A stretch of 64,000 nucleotides of DNA. It comes from Mayamaea pseudoterrestris. Taxonomy: Eukaryota. The notes beneath the pieces are model-generated. The model ran no database searches, was not told the origin of the DNA, and saw nothing but the letters and a program-made list of their open reading frames with translations. Positions 33,544 through 48,178 of this stretch are shown in pieces (the stretch's first letter is position 1; each line of letters opens with the position of its first letter). The translations under genes and the position numbers were made by a program. The stretch is taken from assembly GCA_027923505.1 (NCBI GenBank), contig BROI01000006.1, positions 310,001 to 374,000 on the forward strand. The letters run 5' to 3'.

Positions 33544-36320
33544 TCAAAGGAGATAGACGACCAGGCCAGCAACGGCATATGGGAGAAAGTTTCTCACACT
33601 CAAGTGCCCAAGGGAGTGGCTCCGCTGCCTGCAGTGTGGGCCATGGAGAGGAAAAGATAAATTGCCATGGGAGACATCTACAAGTGGGGCTTGCCTCAAC
33701 CTACCGGTAGATGGCTCCAAGCAAATCAAGGGACTACAACCAGACCTACCGGTATGCTCCAGTTGCCTCGTGGGCCACCATCCGGCTATTCATTGCCAAA
33801 GCGCTGCAACTAAAGGGGCACACTCATCAGATAGACTTCGTCCAAGCATATAACCAGGCCGAAGCATAAAGATCCCCAAAGGTTTCGCTTACCCCGGTGC
33901 CAGTCCAGGCAAGTACCCTGCACATCAAGAAGAAAATTTACGGAGGCTGCGACTCTGGATGAACATGGAACAAGCATCTTGTGGCTAAACTTAAGAGTGT
34001 GGGCTTCAGTCAGAGCAAGGACAAGTGTCTATTCTTCCGAGGGTCATCACTGTACATGCTCTACTGTGACAATAGCATCCTTTGTGGTCCCAACAAAGGT
34101 GAGACACCAGCATCAACCTCACAGTAGAAGGCACACTGGGAGATTTTTTGGCGTCAAGATCAAGCAGAAGGGATAAGCGATCCACCTCACCCAACAGCCT
34201 TAAATTGAGCAAGTTCTGAAGATTGTGGCCCTCGACCTACCTTACGTCGCAATCAAGAAGACCCCAGAATGCACCTCAAAGATCCTTATGCGGCACACAG
34301 GCTCAGAGCCATTCGACAACAGCTTTGACTATCGGTTAATGCTTGGCAAGCTCAACCACCTGGAACGCTGCTCACGCCCCAATATAGCTCAGGCAGTTCA
34401 CCAGTGCGCGCGATTCTCCAGCAACCCCAAACAAGAGCACGGCAAGGCAATCAAGTGGATCTGCAGGTACCTAGCAGGATCCCGCGACAAAGGCATGATA
34501 TACAGACCTACCGACGACTCTTTCGAGTGCTATGTCGACGCCAACTGGATAGGTGACTAGGACCCGGCCGAGGCGCCTACTGACACCGACACAGCCAGGT
34601 CGCGAACGGGTCATCATATACTACGCCGGCTGCCCGCTGGTGTGGGCGAGCAAGATGCAGACTCAGATAGCTCTATCCACCACGGAGTCGGAGTACATTG
34701 CACTCAGCATCGCGCTCCGGGAAGTCATCCCATTGATGGAACTAACCAAGGAGCTCAAGGCTGCAGGATTCAAGTTCGAGACGACCACCCCCACCTTGCA
34801 CTGCAAAGTGTTTGAGGACAACAGCGCATGCCTCGAGATCAGCAACGTTCACAAAATGCGCCCCCGCACCAAGCACATCCTTGTGCAATACCACCATTTC
34901 CGCCAATACGTCAACTCCGGCGAGATCAGCATCCTGCCCATCGACACAAGTCCCATTGGAAACACTAACCAAGCACCGTCTCACATTGCAAGGTTGGTAA
35001 GGCGACAGCACAAAAAGGGAGTGTTGGATATCCATGCGACATCATTAGGCTAGGCGCAATTCGTTTCCGTCACCACCAACCTGCCTCGCAAACAGGTGCA
35101 CCATGGCGATCCATCACATCACCTGATTCACCCGTCTATTTGTTCATCAACTCTCAATGATGGTTACAACATCAAAGCACCCTAATTACCCACAATACCA
35201 AACGGCTTCTGGATGGCAAAAGGCAGCAAGCCAGCTCCTCGGCGAGGACTCGCCAGCAAAGGTGCGAACATCCAATATAACAGTAAATATAAACAATCTC
35301 AATTGCACCTACAGTTACGCTTCTAGTAGCCACTGAACCTTCAGTTGCCTATCAACTGAATTAATAGAAAAACTAAGATTTCCTTCCATCTCATATTGAT
35401 AATTAACCAAAAGTAACTAAACAGTTGCGGTCTACCAAATCTTTTCCACAAACTGCAGATGTTCTTTCACCTCATCCAGCAGTAAGGGTAACAAGACATT
35501 TATGATGGACCAAACCTAATAAGATGTACAAAACAGGCGAAACTGCTCATAGCAAGGAGGAAAACATTAAAAGGAACTGCTTAAAAATTGATAGGAATGG
35601 AAGACGTTTGGATGTTAGCGGGTCTATTTTTTCAGGCAGAGAGTTGCAATCGGCCGGTAAGTCAGGTTATGTTGAATAATAGAAAAAAATTTATTATAGT
35701 CCAAATCTGATATTCTTTGTCATCATCGAAATCAGTTACGAGCGGGCATTACAAAGTTGGTCAATGTCAGAAAGGGTTGATAGAAAGGGAAAGAAGAAGG
35801 ATGGATGTTAGCATTCTACAATTGAAAAATAGGTCTTTTTGTCAGCTGCTATATAAAACGGATGCTGCGGGAAAGCGCTGTGTTATTGAATGAACACTTA
35901 CTCTTATTACTATCTTGCGTCATCATGTCAATCAAGGCAGCAAAGCAGCAAGCTGTTTGATGAGTTGAATTGATAAATAGGTAAATAATTTGACTTCCCC
36001 CCTGTCCCCGCAGATCCAGTGATTAGAGGGTAAAGCTTTAAACACTATCTAATGAAGTAGTGGAGCCTCGATATCTGTTATTGACATTGTGCATGCGATG
36101 CTTTCGTTATGCACCGTGTAGTTATACTGGTATGTAAATTTTTCTCGTTGATTTCAATTGCCTAGGGTGGCTTTCATCCATGCACCGGAATGACTGCCAC
36201 CAGTTTGCAGATATCCAGCCCATTTAAGCAGTTAGTTAAATGGAGTGACGAGTAAGTGCTAACAGGCATTTAACACGCCCGACCTATGCCCAGTTTCGCT
36301 TCAAAGAATGAGAATTCAGG

Positions 36321-36990
36321 TCAGAAGAAAACTGGGTGGGATTGGAGCGGGGAGTCAAGGAGTGCGGGAAAGAAAGTTGGGAATTGGTGCATGGCGGGTA
36401 GGGTTTTAACGTGACGGGAACGGATCATGGTGTCGGATTGCCAGCGATGCGGTCGAAGTCTACGTTGGAGGATAGAAGAGCTTCGGTGCCGCTCTGTCGG
36501 TAGGCTGAATGCCCAGGGCGATAGCGGAAGGCGGCAGTGATGTGCCCAGAGCAAAGAAGTACGGAATGGCCAGCGGCATGGGTGAAGCATTCGGGTGGGC
36601 GCGTAGGTGGAGAGCTGCTGGCGTAGGATGGCATGTGAGGCAGAGGAGGCGGTCGCCCGTGAGACCATGGGTGAAGACCTCACCGCGGTTCCATTCTTTT
36701 GGTTGGTTGAATCTTGTGAAACATGCCAGATTGGCAGCGGGGGCAATGGTAACGATTCAGCGACCACCAAAACAGCTCATCTGTCGGAGAGGCCAGTGTT
36801 TTTGCCGGGGCAGGAGGAAGAATAGGCAAAAATGTGGACATGTCAGCAATGATAATCTGCGGGAGAAGTCAAGGGGAATAATTTATCTCTCATGGGCGCA
36901 GTGTACCGGGGGAATGTGTGTGGTGTCCCGAACATGCATGCACTACTCCAAAGCACCATCCACTTTATCTCCACGACAACACTCCCGCTG
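36321..36990 (-). mobile_element. Degenerate tyrosine-recombinase fragment (DIRS/Ngaro-like retroelement)
   Basis: Frameshifted NQKNG.RGEV..HG..G....C and RWQSDTMIR..HV..LP.M..F motifs; DNA similarity to 43740-44000. Confidence 0.6.
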
Positions 36991-37208
36991 TTGCTTGGCA
37001 GCGCAAGGGCCACTAGCCACACCCAGCCGCACACCTAGAGCAAAGATCGCTACGTCCCATCCATGATTACATACATTCCCGGTCCAGTGAATGATTTGGC
37101 TGTGGCATTTGACTGACTCTGAATTACCTACTTTAATACAGCCTTTACCCTGGCAACTGTACCCACCTGACCCAAGCTGCTCGAGCATGATCATCGCACT
37201 GTCAAAGA

Positions 37209-37513
37209 TTAAACCTCAGCTATAAGCTATGTCTGGTTGTCGCAGCGGAATGACTATCACTAACGCTACTCAATGAATCCGTTTGTGGGTGCCGTTTAGC
37301 CTGCTACAATGATTCTGCTCAGCGGTTATTAGGCTGTATTCACTGCAGACTAACCGTTACTAGTAAGTTTGTCCGTTTCCGGCCAATTATGCAGCAGTTG
37401 CAACACTGGTTGGTGGCCGATAGGTAGGGCCACTGGATACTTGCCGGTTGGTCTCCACGTTCCTGCTTCTGAATCAACTGGGAGTAATCCTAGACTTATA
37501 GCTGAAGGCTTAA
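37209..37513. mobile_element. Old MITE-like element, about 300 bp
   Basis: Imperfect inverted repeats TTAAACCTCAGCTATAAG / CTTATAGCTGAAGGCTTAA with TTA/TAA flanks. Confidence 0.45.
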
Positions 37514-37859
37514 TATAGGCTTGCTGTTACGGATAACAATAGTGTTGAAGGGCCGCAAGGTACTACAGCAGACACTCAAAGCAGACTAGTTCAATATCGT
37601 TGAATTGATACATTAATGAGCTCATTGCGGTAAGCGCCAGGAGACTCTTGCTAATCGAGTGGCTGAGAGCAAAGCGATGGAATGGATGGTGGACAGAAAA
37701 GGATATTAATGAGTCATGGCGAGTGCGTATTCATAACAAATAGGTCTAAGGCATGCTTTTAGATAAGGAGTACAAAGAAAGTTGAGCTCACTCTGAGCTC
37801 CGGCATGGCGCAGTCCATCAGTCTTGTGGTGCAGCCTGTGGTGTTCATCGACTGATGCG

Positions 37860-38005
37860 GCAAAGCCCTCATAACCAGGGGCACAGCATGTGTCGCCTTT
37901 TCGATGGACACAGCGAAGCCCTCATAACCAAGGGCTTATCACGTGTTGCCTTTCCACTGACGTGGCAAAGCCCTCATAACCAAGGGCATAAAACGTGTTG
38001 CCTTT
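37860..38005. repeat. Three imperfect tandem repeats of about 52-55 bp
   Basis: AAGCCCTCATAACCA recurs at about 37863, 37916 and 37968. Confidence 0.75.
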
Positions 38006-38970
38006 CAACTGGCGCAAGCGGTAAAGTCCCCGCAGCCAATTCTTTGGAGGTAGCTAAATACATGTACTGCCAGACATGTTCCAACATCCTCCCCGGCTTC
38101 AAGCGTCGTGAAGCCAGGAAAGGAACAGGCCTGGGAATGGACTCCATGCTGACGAACGAGATAATGTTGTGCGACAGGGTCGTCGTGAGCTATGAGAGTC
38201 TTATTTGAGCGCGGTAGGTGGGCCAAAATGGCCCATGGTGCGACGGGCGTGACGGGCATAGAGAACCCAGCCAAGTGCTTTCGTCAATTGATTGGTGGGT
38301 TGATGACGCTGGGCAAATTAGCATGTTTGACAATACGCCGCGCTCGCCACTCTGGAATGGCAAAGTATTGCACCTCATTGTGGCAAGAGCGCACAGTAGG
38401 CTGATTGCTGTTGACCATGATGTAGTGCGTACGGCCAGTATTTTGGTTCATGGGCGGCGCCAATTACGGAGGTCTGTACTCCAGCGGCAATGGACTGGTG
38501 AGGCCGCTCGATGGGGCCATTCTGTTGAGACAAATCAGATGCAGTGGTTTCAACAGCATAGCCAGCAGTGGTGAACAGTTCCACGAGCGTCGTGCATCAG
38601 CCCAGCTCGCCACCAAGGTCAAAGCGGACGTAGCGATCACATCCGTCTCCTGGGTTGTGAGCAGCAAGAAACTCGTTGAGATACGCAATGGGTGGTGCTT
38701 TGGTGCAAAACGTGGTCTTCAATCAAGCAGTAGCAGGTCTCGCCGTTTACGCTGGTAAGATTGTGGACCCGGTTGGAGTTCGATGACTTCTGAACCATGA
38801 AGCCGAAATCAATTGAAAGGCCTTGAAAGGGAACGGTCACACGGCAAAAGTCGTCATGACCGCGGGCGGCACGAGTCAGCTTAGCCTGTTGGCAGGTGGG
38901 GCATGTATCGAGTCCATCCTTGAGAGGTATCTTGGAGATGCCCTGGACGTGCTGCCAGAGCTGGGACATG
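38005..38970 (-). mobile_element. Degenerate copia integrase fragment
   Basis: CPTCQQAK (zinc finger), QGLSIDFGF and SQQNGPIERPH..KYWPYAL, with frameshifts. Confidence 0.75.
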
Positions 38971-39369
38971 CAGCAACAACCAGGAGTGCCATATGATGTT
39001 CGTCCCCCAATTTTGAATCATCAACTGCCATCTGCTCTGACTCGCCCATCTGCTTTAATGGAAACGAGCAAGCACAGCAATGCAATAAACTTAAAAAAGC
39101 AGGATGAGCTATTCCCACAGCCTGAGCTGCAGCATCAAGGATAGCAAGCATCGTATCATTTCAATCTACTGCGATTGGTGCTGCTGGAGAGAGGAGCACA
39201 GCCAACAGCAATGGGGACAATGAGAATCGTGACAACTCCAAAAAGTAGGAACAACAGCAAGCATCTGTATCGTTTCAATCTACTGCAATCGGAGCTGTCG
39301 CAGAGAGGAGCATAGCCAACAGCAACGGGGACAATAAGAATCATGACAGTCAATGCGGCAAGCTGATTT

Positions 39370-41470
<2,101 letters not shown>

Positions 41471-43074
41471 AGCTGGCTCAATCTTGATTTCATGTACCGC
41501 AGTGACCAGATGAGCTATTGGGTTAATTATATGGGGCTTATGCGCATGATATCACAAACTTATCCACCTATGTTCATGAGTTGCTTGTGAAGCCAGCCAG
41601 CATATGCTGGATCACTTTTTCAGCTGTATCATCATAAATATGCTTGTATGGACGCAAAACGTCACTTGATGTGGACTTTTCGAAACCTTGCGGTGGCATT
41701 TCCTTTTGTCACTGATACAGGGTGTGCGTTTTTTGACTTTGCGCTCAAAATATTGCATATGGGCCCCCGGACGGAGTATAGCGAGATTCATGCAAATGCT
41801 TTCGAGTTATGTTCTAACAGCTACCCCCCAGCAATGGATTACAAGAAGCGTTTCCTTCTGGATGGGGGCTTTATAATCAGTCTTGTCGTTTTTCTTGCTG
41901 GTACCAATGTACGTTGCATCTACAATCATGTGGCTCAAAATGAATACTTCCTCACTCTCTCTCTCTTCCATTTTACAGGTGGTTGCTGCTAAAGCTGCTT
42001 TGGAGGCAGTGACCAATATCCTATCAGATGTTTGCGATGTTAGCAATTGGTTCAACCATGGTGGAATTAGCTGCGTCAGGAAGTGGGTCCGGAACGCAGA
42101 CGACGATGTGTGATTTCACGCGTGTAACGCTCTTCTTAATATTGCCTCCAAAGGATCGAAGGTGCATCCACAAGCATTGGTCAATTCCACTGATAAACCT
42201 AAGAATTTGTTCATTGAGAGGCTCAAGGCAGGGGATGCCGCGGACGATGCAGGTAAACTTATACACATGTACTCAAGGTCTTTAAAAGGATTCTACCAAG
42301 TCCACCGGATGCCTCAAGTATTCTCGGCTGAACGCCAAGCAAAGGTAATAGCTGCTGTCATTGCTGTTAGGAATCAAGACCCCACAGTCATGTAGTGGGT
42401 GACTGAACTTCAGCAGTCATTTCATTGGTAGTGTACTTTAAATATAAACTCGTTTACTTACTGAGCAATAGTTAACTATTTATCGGAGCCGTCGAGCCTC
42501 CACCATCTTATTGCGTTGCGGCACTGATGAGCAAAGCCGGTGGCTGTATCATGCATAATGAGCCAATTATGGCCTTGCTTATGAGTGAGGGATGCTAAAG
42601 TCCAAATGCAAGGGTCCGTCGCGCCATTCATTTCGAGACCTCGAGTCATAAACATCTTGTAGACCATTGCATTAGTGGTTCAAATTTTTTAAACAACGTG
42701 CGACAGGCGCCAACGTTCGTGTGTGCATAATATTTCTTCTCCTTCTCATCAAGCACAATTCTCTCGATGCCACATTCACCTCAACTCTATCATGCAGCTC
42801 CCACAAGGCGTCAAGTTTCTGAGGGAAGTGTCTTCGACCAAAAATCATCTCTCGCCACGCAAAGAAAACCATTGGCGGCACCGCATTCTTTGCGCGTTTG
42901 CTTGACGATGGTGGTGGTGTAACTGCAACCTTCTCTGCCTCAATTAATTGCTGCTGTTTATAAATTGATGCAACCTGCCTTTCGCATCTCATGCAAATGC
43001 TTTTGCAAGGCTTTTGAAGCTCTGCTGGAACAGCCATGAGCCAATGCTCGAGGCAATCTCCTTCAATGGTTTGA

Positions 43075-43211
43075 AGCAAGCAGACTTACTAAGCTTGAAG
43101 AGTTAAGAAAGCAAATTATTTGTCTCTCGTATTGTAGCAACTTCAAGCTTGGATTGGCCATCCAAGGACAGCTACAAGCAAAAGGTGCACAATTTGATTT
43201 ACAAGTTACAA
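43075..43211 (+). mobile_element. 3' half of an older LTR of the 20546-27128 copia family
   Basis: Matches 20722-20858 with several CpG>TpG/CpA changes; ends AGTTACAA. Confidence 0.9.
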
Positions 43212-43540
43212 GCCTTGTAGAACTTTCCAAAATAAGGGGGCTGGATCCCTTCCATGTGAGAAGGTGGGAGATCATGGCCCAGCGCTTGCGCGCCTGCATG
43301 ACATTCCTGTGCACTGCCGGCCAGTCGCTGTCAAAATAGTTCAATGGGCGGCCCAAGTACACAAATGTTTATCCTGGAGGAGGGCTCCACTGCGCTACCG
43401 CGTTGTGAGCTCTGCGACATGTTTGTTCCATATTCTGCTCTGAAGACCAGCCACCAAACCTGCTGTCCGGAAACAGCAGTGGCACGCAGCAGAGGATACC
43501 AGGCGACTCACCAACCCACATCACATCTAATTCACACCTT
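43212..43540. mobile_element. Non-LTR (LINE-like) retrotransposon fragments in opposite orientations
   Basis: Minus strand: YLGRPL..DSDWPAV.RN..ARKRW..FYKA. Plus strand: ILEEG..LPRCELCDMFVP..HQT.C. Confidence 0.55.
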
Positions 43541-43599
43541 CTAGTAAAGTGACTTTCACCCAGCTACAGTATTTGTACCTTAGAGACTATTGTATGCAT

Positions 43600-44600
43600 A
43601 TAAAGCAGTAAGACGAGAGCAGCAAAAGGAATGTTTAACCAATGAGGTGAGTGCGGTCAAAGTCCACGTTGGTGCAGAGTTAGAGTTTGGGTGCCGCCCT
43701 GTTGGTGCCCAGGGTGGGGCACAGTTACATTACAGTGTTGTGGAGGGCGACAGTGTATTCCGGAGCAATGAGTGTACAATGCCGGTAGAAAGATGGTGGC
43801 CAGAGGCATGGTAGGAGCAGCAGGGTGAAGGTGTAGGTGGAGCAGGCGGCGTAAGATGGCCAATTGGGGCAGAGGAGGGGGTCGCCCGTGAGACCCTGGG
43901 TGACAACTTCACCGCGGTTCCATTCTTTTTGGTTGGTTGAATCCTGTGAAACATGCCAGATCAGCAGCGAAGGCAGTGGTAAGGTCCCAGCGACAACCAC
44001 TCACAAAAAGCAGAATGGCACCAAGTCAATGGTGAGGCCCAGCAGTGTACTTGCTGGGGCAAACCAAGGAAGAATTAAGCAATGGTGGTCACATCATCGA
44101 TGGCTTGCAGGACCAGTGTACTGGCAGGGAATGTGTGCTGTCCCAGACATGCATGCACTACTTAGATCGGCAGGGGCTTGACGCGATTCGGTTTTGGATT
44201 GGTGCGGCCAAAGTATTTTGATCAGGCAATGGAGCCGAATGTCGATTTTGCCCATGGTGTTGAAGCGGATGTCACGGGTCCCTAGGAGGGTGAAGGCCTG
44301 GCCAATGACATGAAGGTTGTCACTCACGGTGCTAGCCCGGATGGGTCGACAGCGGGGAGTGATGTCTCCTGATCGGTAGTGCTGTGCAAAGAGTAGTAGG
44401 GTTGGATTGGGACAACATAATGGGGCACTGTGGGAGTCAATCCATAGCGCGGGTGCAGAAGGAGGTCCAACAGTGGCTAGGCGGTGTCGGCAGATTGGGC
44501 CAAGGGGGATGTAAATTTCTCCTCCTTGGATTGGGCAGTGGAAGAACAATGCCATGTCGGACGCCATACGCATTGCAACAAGGGGTGATTGCAGAGCTTC
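43600..44600 (-). mobile_element. Degenerate tyrosine-recombinase gene (DIRS/Ngaro-like), second copy
   Basis: TVSDNLHVIGQAFTLLGTRDIR..GKIDIRL, NRGEVVTQGLTGDPLLCP and ILRRLLHL..HPAAPTMPLA, frameshifted. Confidence 0.62.
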
Positions 44601-45223
44601 TTGCGGGTCACAGGTGGCAGAGTGTCCAAGGCTTTTTATAGGCTTACTGTTTGGCATAACAATAGGTCTGTGGCATAATTTTAGATTCAAGCTGAATGAC
44701 TCATTGGATACTTCACCGCGTTCACTGTGCGGATCAATTCACTGCTCCAATGCAATCCTTTATGGGGAAATCAACCCAATTTGTAACAATGGGGTCGAAC
44801 TGTGCAAGGGGTGGTACAGTCAGCTATGCGCAAGCAAGTGAATGGCCCACCACTCCTAACCTATTTGGTGCAGTAAGGGCAAATTGGGGCCTCCATGGAT
44901 GTGACAGTGGATTGGCAGGCCGCCTTCAAAACATGCAAAATGTTGCCTCTGGGACACCAATAGCATTCGACAAAAATTATAATTTCCAAGTTTGTGGCCA
45001 TCTGGCACCGCACCAAATAGTGGAACCATAGTCAATAGGACACCTGCCCATGGTGCCTTCAAACTCCCCACACTGATCCGGTCACAGAATCTGTTGACCA
45101 CCTTTACAATAGTTCCAGTAATATCCTCTGGAATGAGCACATGAAGAAATAGAACAGTAAACTCCTCCACCTTGAAACCATGGACCCCATTCACCTTGCA
45201 ATTGTGGAGGGACCCAAAGCCAC

Positions 45224-45762
45224 ACAGCTCCACTGCTACATTCCATGCCAGCAATTGAGGCTTTGATGGATGCCCAGAATCGCCTTGGGTGGCATCTCAG
45301 CACTCCAACTTTGCCGGGCTGCGACAAACTCATGCAGCCTGGAAACCCCCTTACCCATCAATGCAAGACAAGTAAATTGGTTGGTGCTTTAACCTCTATG
45401 GCAACGGCGTTCAGGTGGTGCCCATGCACTTGCGTGCTTACAAAGTTTGTGGTGTCCTTTTCTGGGCTCTTGATTGATTGGAGGGACTCAAAGCATGGCA
45501 CTTTCATACAGCTCCACTGGTACATTCCATGCCAGCAATCGAGGCTTTGATGGATGCCCAGAATTGCCTTGGGTGGCATCTTGGCACTCCAACTTTGCCG
45601 GGCTGCAACTACTCATGCAGCCTGGATACCCCCGTACCCATCAATGCAAGACAAGTATATTGGTCAGTGCTTTGACCTCTATGGCAACGGCGTTCAGGTG
45701 GTGCTCATGCACTTGCTTGATTACAAAGTTTGCAGTGTCTTTTTCTGAGCTCTTGATTGATC
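45224..45762. repeat. Tandem repeat, 284-bp unit, about 1.9 copies
   Basis: ACAGCTCCACTG(C/G)TACATTCCATGCCAGCAAT at 45224 and 45508. Confidence 0.9.
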
Positions 45763-45956
45763 TGGTAGATCTGGATGAATGATGACTTTCAATAAATCTT
45801 GTTATGTCACTTTATTTCCGCTATTTGTACTTGAACTTCATTACTGGATCTTAACAAAGGTGTAGTGAAGTGACAGCTGTTTCTCAAGACCAGTATGGAC
45901 CCTCCTCATGAGCAAATTTTGTGCAGCAGCAGTATAGACCATGATAAACACAAGCA

Positions 45957-46066
45957 AATGTTTAAATTTGCTTGACAAGTTGATTATTGCTTTAATGTTA
46001 CTACTCCTGTAATGTTTAAATTTGCTTGACAAGTTGATTATTGCTTTAATGTTACTACTCCTGTAA
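45957..46066. repeat. Perfect 54-bp tandem duplication overlapping the stop codon of the adjacent gene
   Basis: AATGTTTAAATTTGCTTGACAAG...CTACTCCTGT at 45957 and 46011. Confidence 0.92.
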
Positions 46067-47674
46067 GTATGAACCAAACTTCTGACCCCACACAGAGTTG
46101 ACACCAGAAGAAGCTCCAGCACCAAGGGGAACAAAGTCGTCATCCGCCAAGTTGAAAGTCTTCCCAGGCTTAGAGGCAGATGCTGATGCACCGTTCTCGA
46201 AAACATTTCCGGACGACTTGGCATTTTTCTCCATTACCTTACGCATCTCCTTAGCTGTAGGAACACTGCCACGAGGCTGCGCGGAGTACCACTCCTTCTT
46301 AGCGCGAAGTTCCTTAACAGCGCTAGAAACTTGGTCGATTGACGTAGGCGGATCAAGATTCAATAGGCCAAACTGCTCGAATGTGTCTACCGAGAGCGTG
46401 AATGGGCCCGACACATTGTCCTGCTTCTTGTCTCGCACTCGCTTCTTCTTTGACTTTCCTTTTCCAAAGTAGTCGTCTTCTTCTTTCTTGTTCACCGGTC
46501 TTAATCCCGCGAAAGGATCGTCGTTGACAGGTGTTACAGCGTCCGACTTGTTTTCGTTCAAGACAACCTCGTCGGCAGATGGCGCAAGGTAGGTCTTCTC
46601 CAGAAAGTCAGCCAGGAATGCACAAAGCGCCTGCTCTTCCTCGTAGGGAATTTTCTTGGCTTCTTCCTCTTCTAGCTTGGCTAGTTCCGCAGCATGCTGT
46701 TCTTCCCGTACCTTTTTCTCCGCTTCGTACTGTGCCTTTTTCTGCGCGCGGACGGCGCGCTGGTAATTGTACCAGACATTATTCAGCTCTCGAATTTCAT
46801 CACGAAGGGAATCTCTTTTCTTTAAAGTCTCACCAATTGTGATTTTAATGCCATCGCGTTTTTTGAAAAGCTCATTGAGAGACTCTCGCTTCTTAGTGTC
46901 GGCATCTGAAATCTCCTTGATAACTGCCATGACAGCATCGATTTTACTTGAGACTTCGTCAATTTCCTTGTCCTTGGCGGCCATGCGCTGTTGAATGGCT
47001 TTACGTTGCTCCTTGACGCTCTCCATGGCTTGATCTTTCGACTTGAGATCCGTCACAAAGCGTTTGGATCCCTGCAATGCTTCCATTTCCTTGATTAATC
47101 TCTTCTCGTCGTTCAAAGACATGGTAGTGGTTTCCTGCTGACGTTTAAGTTTGGCCACAGCTGCATCAATTTCTTCAACTGTTCCAAATTTCATGTTGGA
47201 TTTCGCGTCCTTCTTTTCCTTCACCAGCTTGTCGGTGCTCTCCTTGGCGCTGTCGAGCAGTGCTCTCATTGCCTTCTTCTCCGTGATGAGCTCGTTTCTC
47301 TGCGACTTGAGCTGATTAAGCTCAGTTCGAGCGACTTGCAGACGAGCTTTAGCTTCCGGATTGTCCATGGCAAGATCGACCTTATCCTGAATGGCCTGAC
47401 GATCCGTTTTCAGATTCTCGATTGTCTCGGTCAGCTCCACGATCATCGCATCATACTTTGATTTATCGGGCTTTTCGACCTAAACAGGTTATTGATCAAG
47501 CAAAAATGTAAGGACAAACAAAATAAAAGTCTTTAAATCATACAATGATAAACTTACCCGAGGAATCGGCTTGCTCAAATCATACAGCTCCTCGATTGGC
47601 GTTTCATCGCGCTCGCGAGGCTTGCGATTTTTCCCTCCAGCCGAAGCTTCGACTGCGACGGCTTCGTCAGTCAT
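46055..47674 (-). CDS. Coiled-coil protein, BFR1/proton-pump-interactor-like; intron 47480-47557
   Basis: Long K/E-rich coiled coil with EEIDAAV..L...ETTTMSLNDEKRLIKEM..L, PYEEE..LC..L and F..L.L.PP motifs. The GTAAG...TAG intron is in frame. Confidence 0.8.
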
Positions 47675-48178
47675 CACTCGTGTACAAAGATGAGACCGGT
47701 GATGGGAGATAACTCTTGTTGACTCAGTCAAGGACAAGTGAGAGGTTAGCAATGCACAACTGCAGGCACTGATTGACCTCCGACTGGCAAGGCGCGAGCG
47801 AATGTGTGGTTTGTGTGTGCTCGCGCTCCATGATGATCGACGGCACTGGCAGAGGCGTGTAGTTCGAAATGCTGTCGCACGCTGAGAGTATGTGTAAACC
47901 GATGCGACGTTATCCCATCGGTGACTGTATTGCATTGCCGTGTACCGTAATACTACCGTATACCTCGCCCTCATTGCTATGCGCTGTCAGTATATACATA
48001 TAGACAACGGAGCTCAATAAGCGTAGGAGTCATATAAGCTGAGGGACTAGCGTCTATCCGACTGTCTATCAAGATTGTACGTCGCCTTGTAGACTGACCG
48101 GTGCCCATCGCATGCGTGCGCAGCATAGTAGCGCAATGTCAGCCAATCGCAAGCATCAATCTATATTTTTAATTATTG

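Larger units (their letters stand above)
30850..35423 (+). mobile_element. Degenerate copia: integrase about 30950-31430, RT/RNaseH about 33550-34950, 3' LTR about 35022-35423; split by a Harbinger
   Basis: Frameshifted fragments FVDQFSHFSYVHLQ..ETLEAKAAFE, HFQNGITE, ECYVDANW and IALSTTESEYIALS..FEDNSAC. PPT AAAAAGGGAG is followed by TGTT...AACA. Confidence 0.8.

Noticed and set aside
45841..46224. 127-aa ORF with an 18-aa repeat
   Set aside because: It is a by-product of the 54-bp duplication and overlaps the real gene out of frame.
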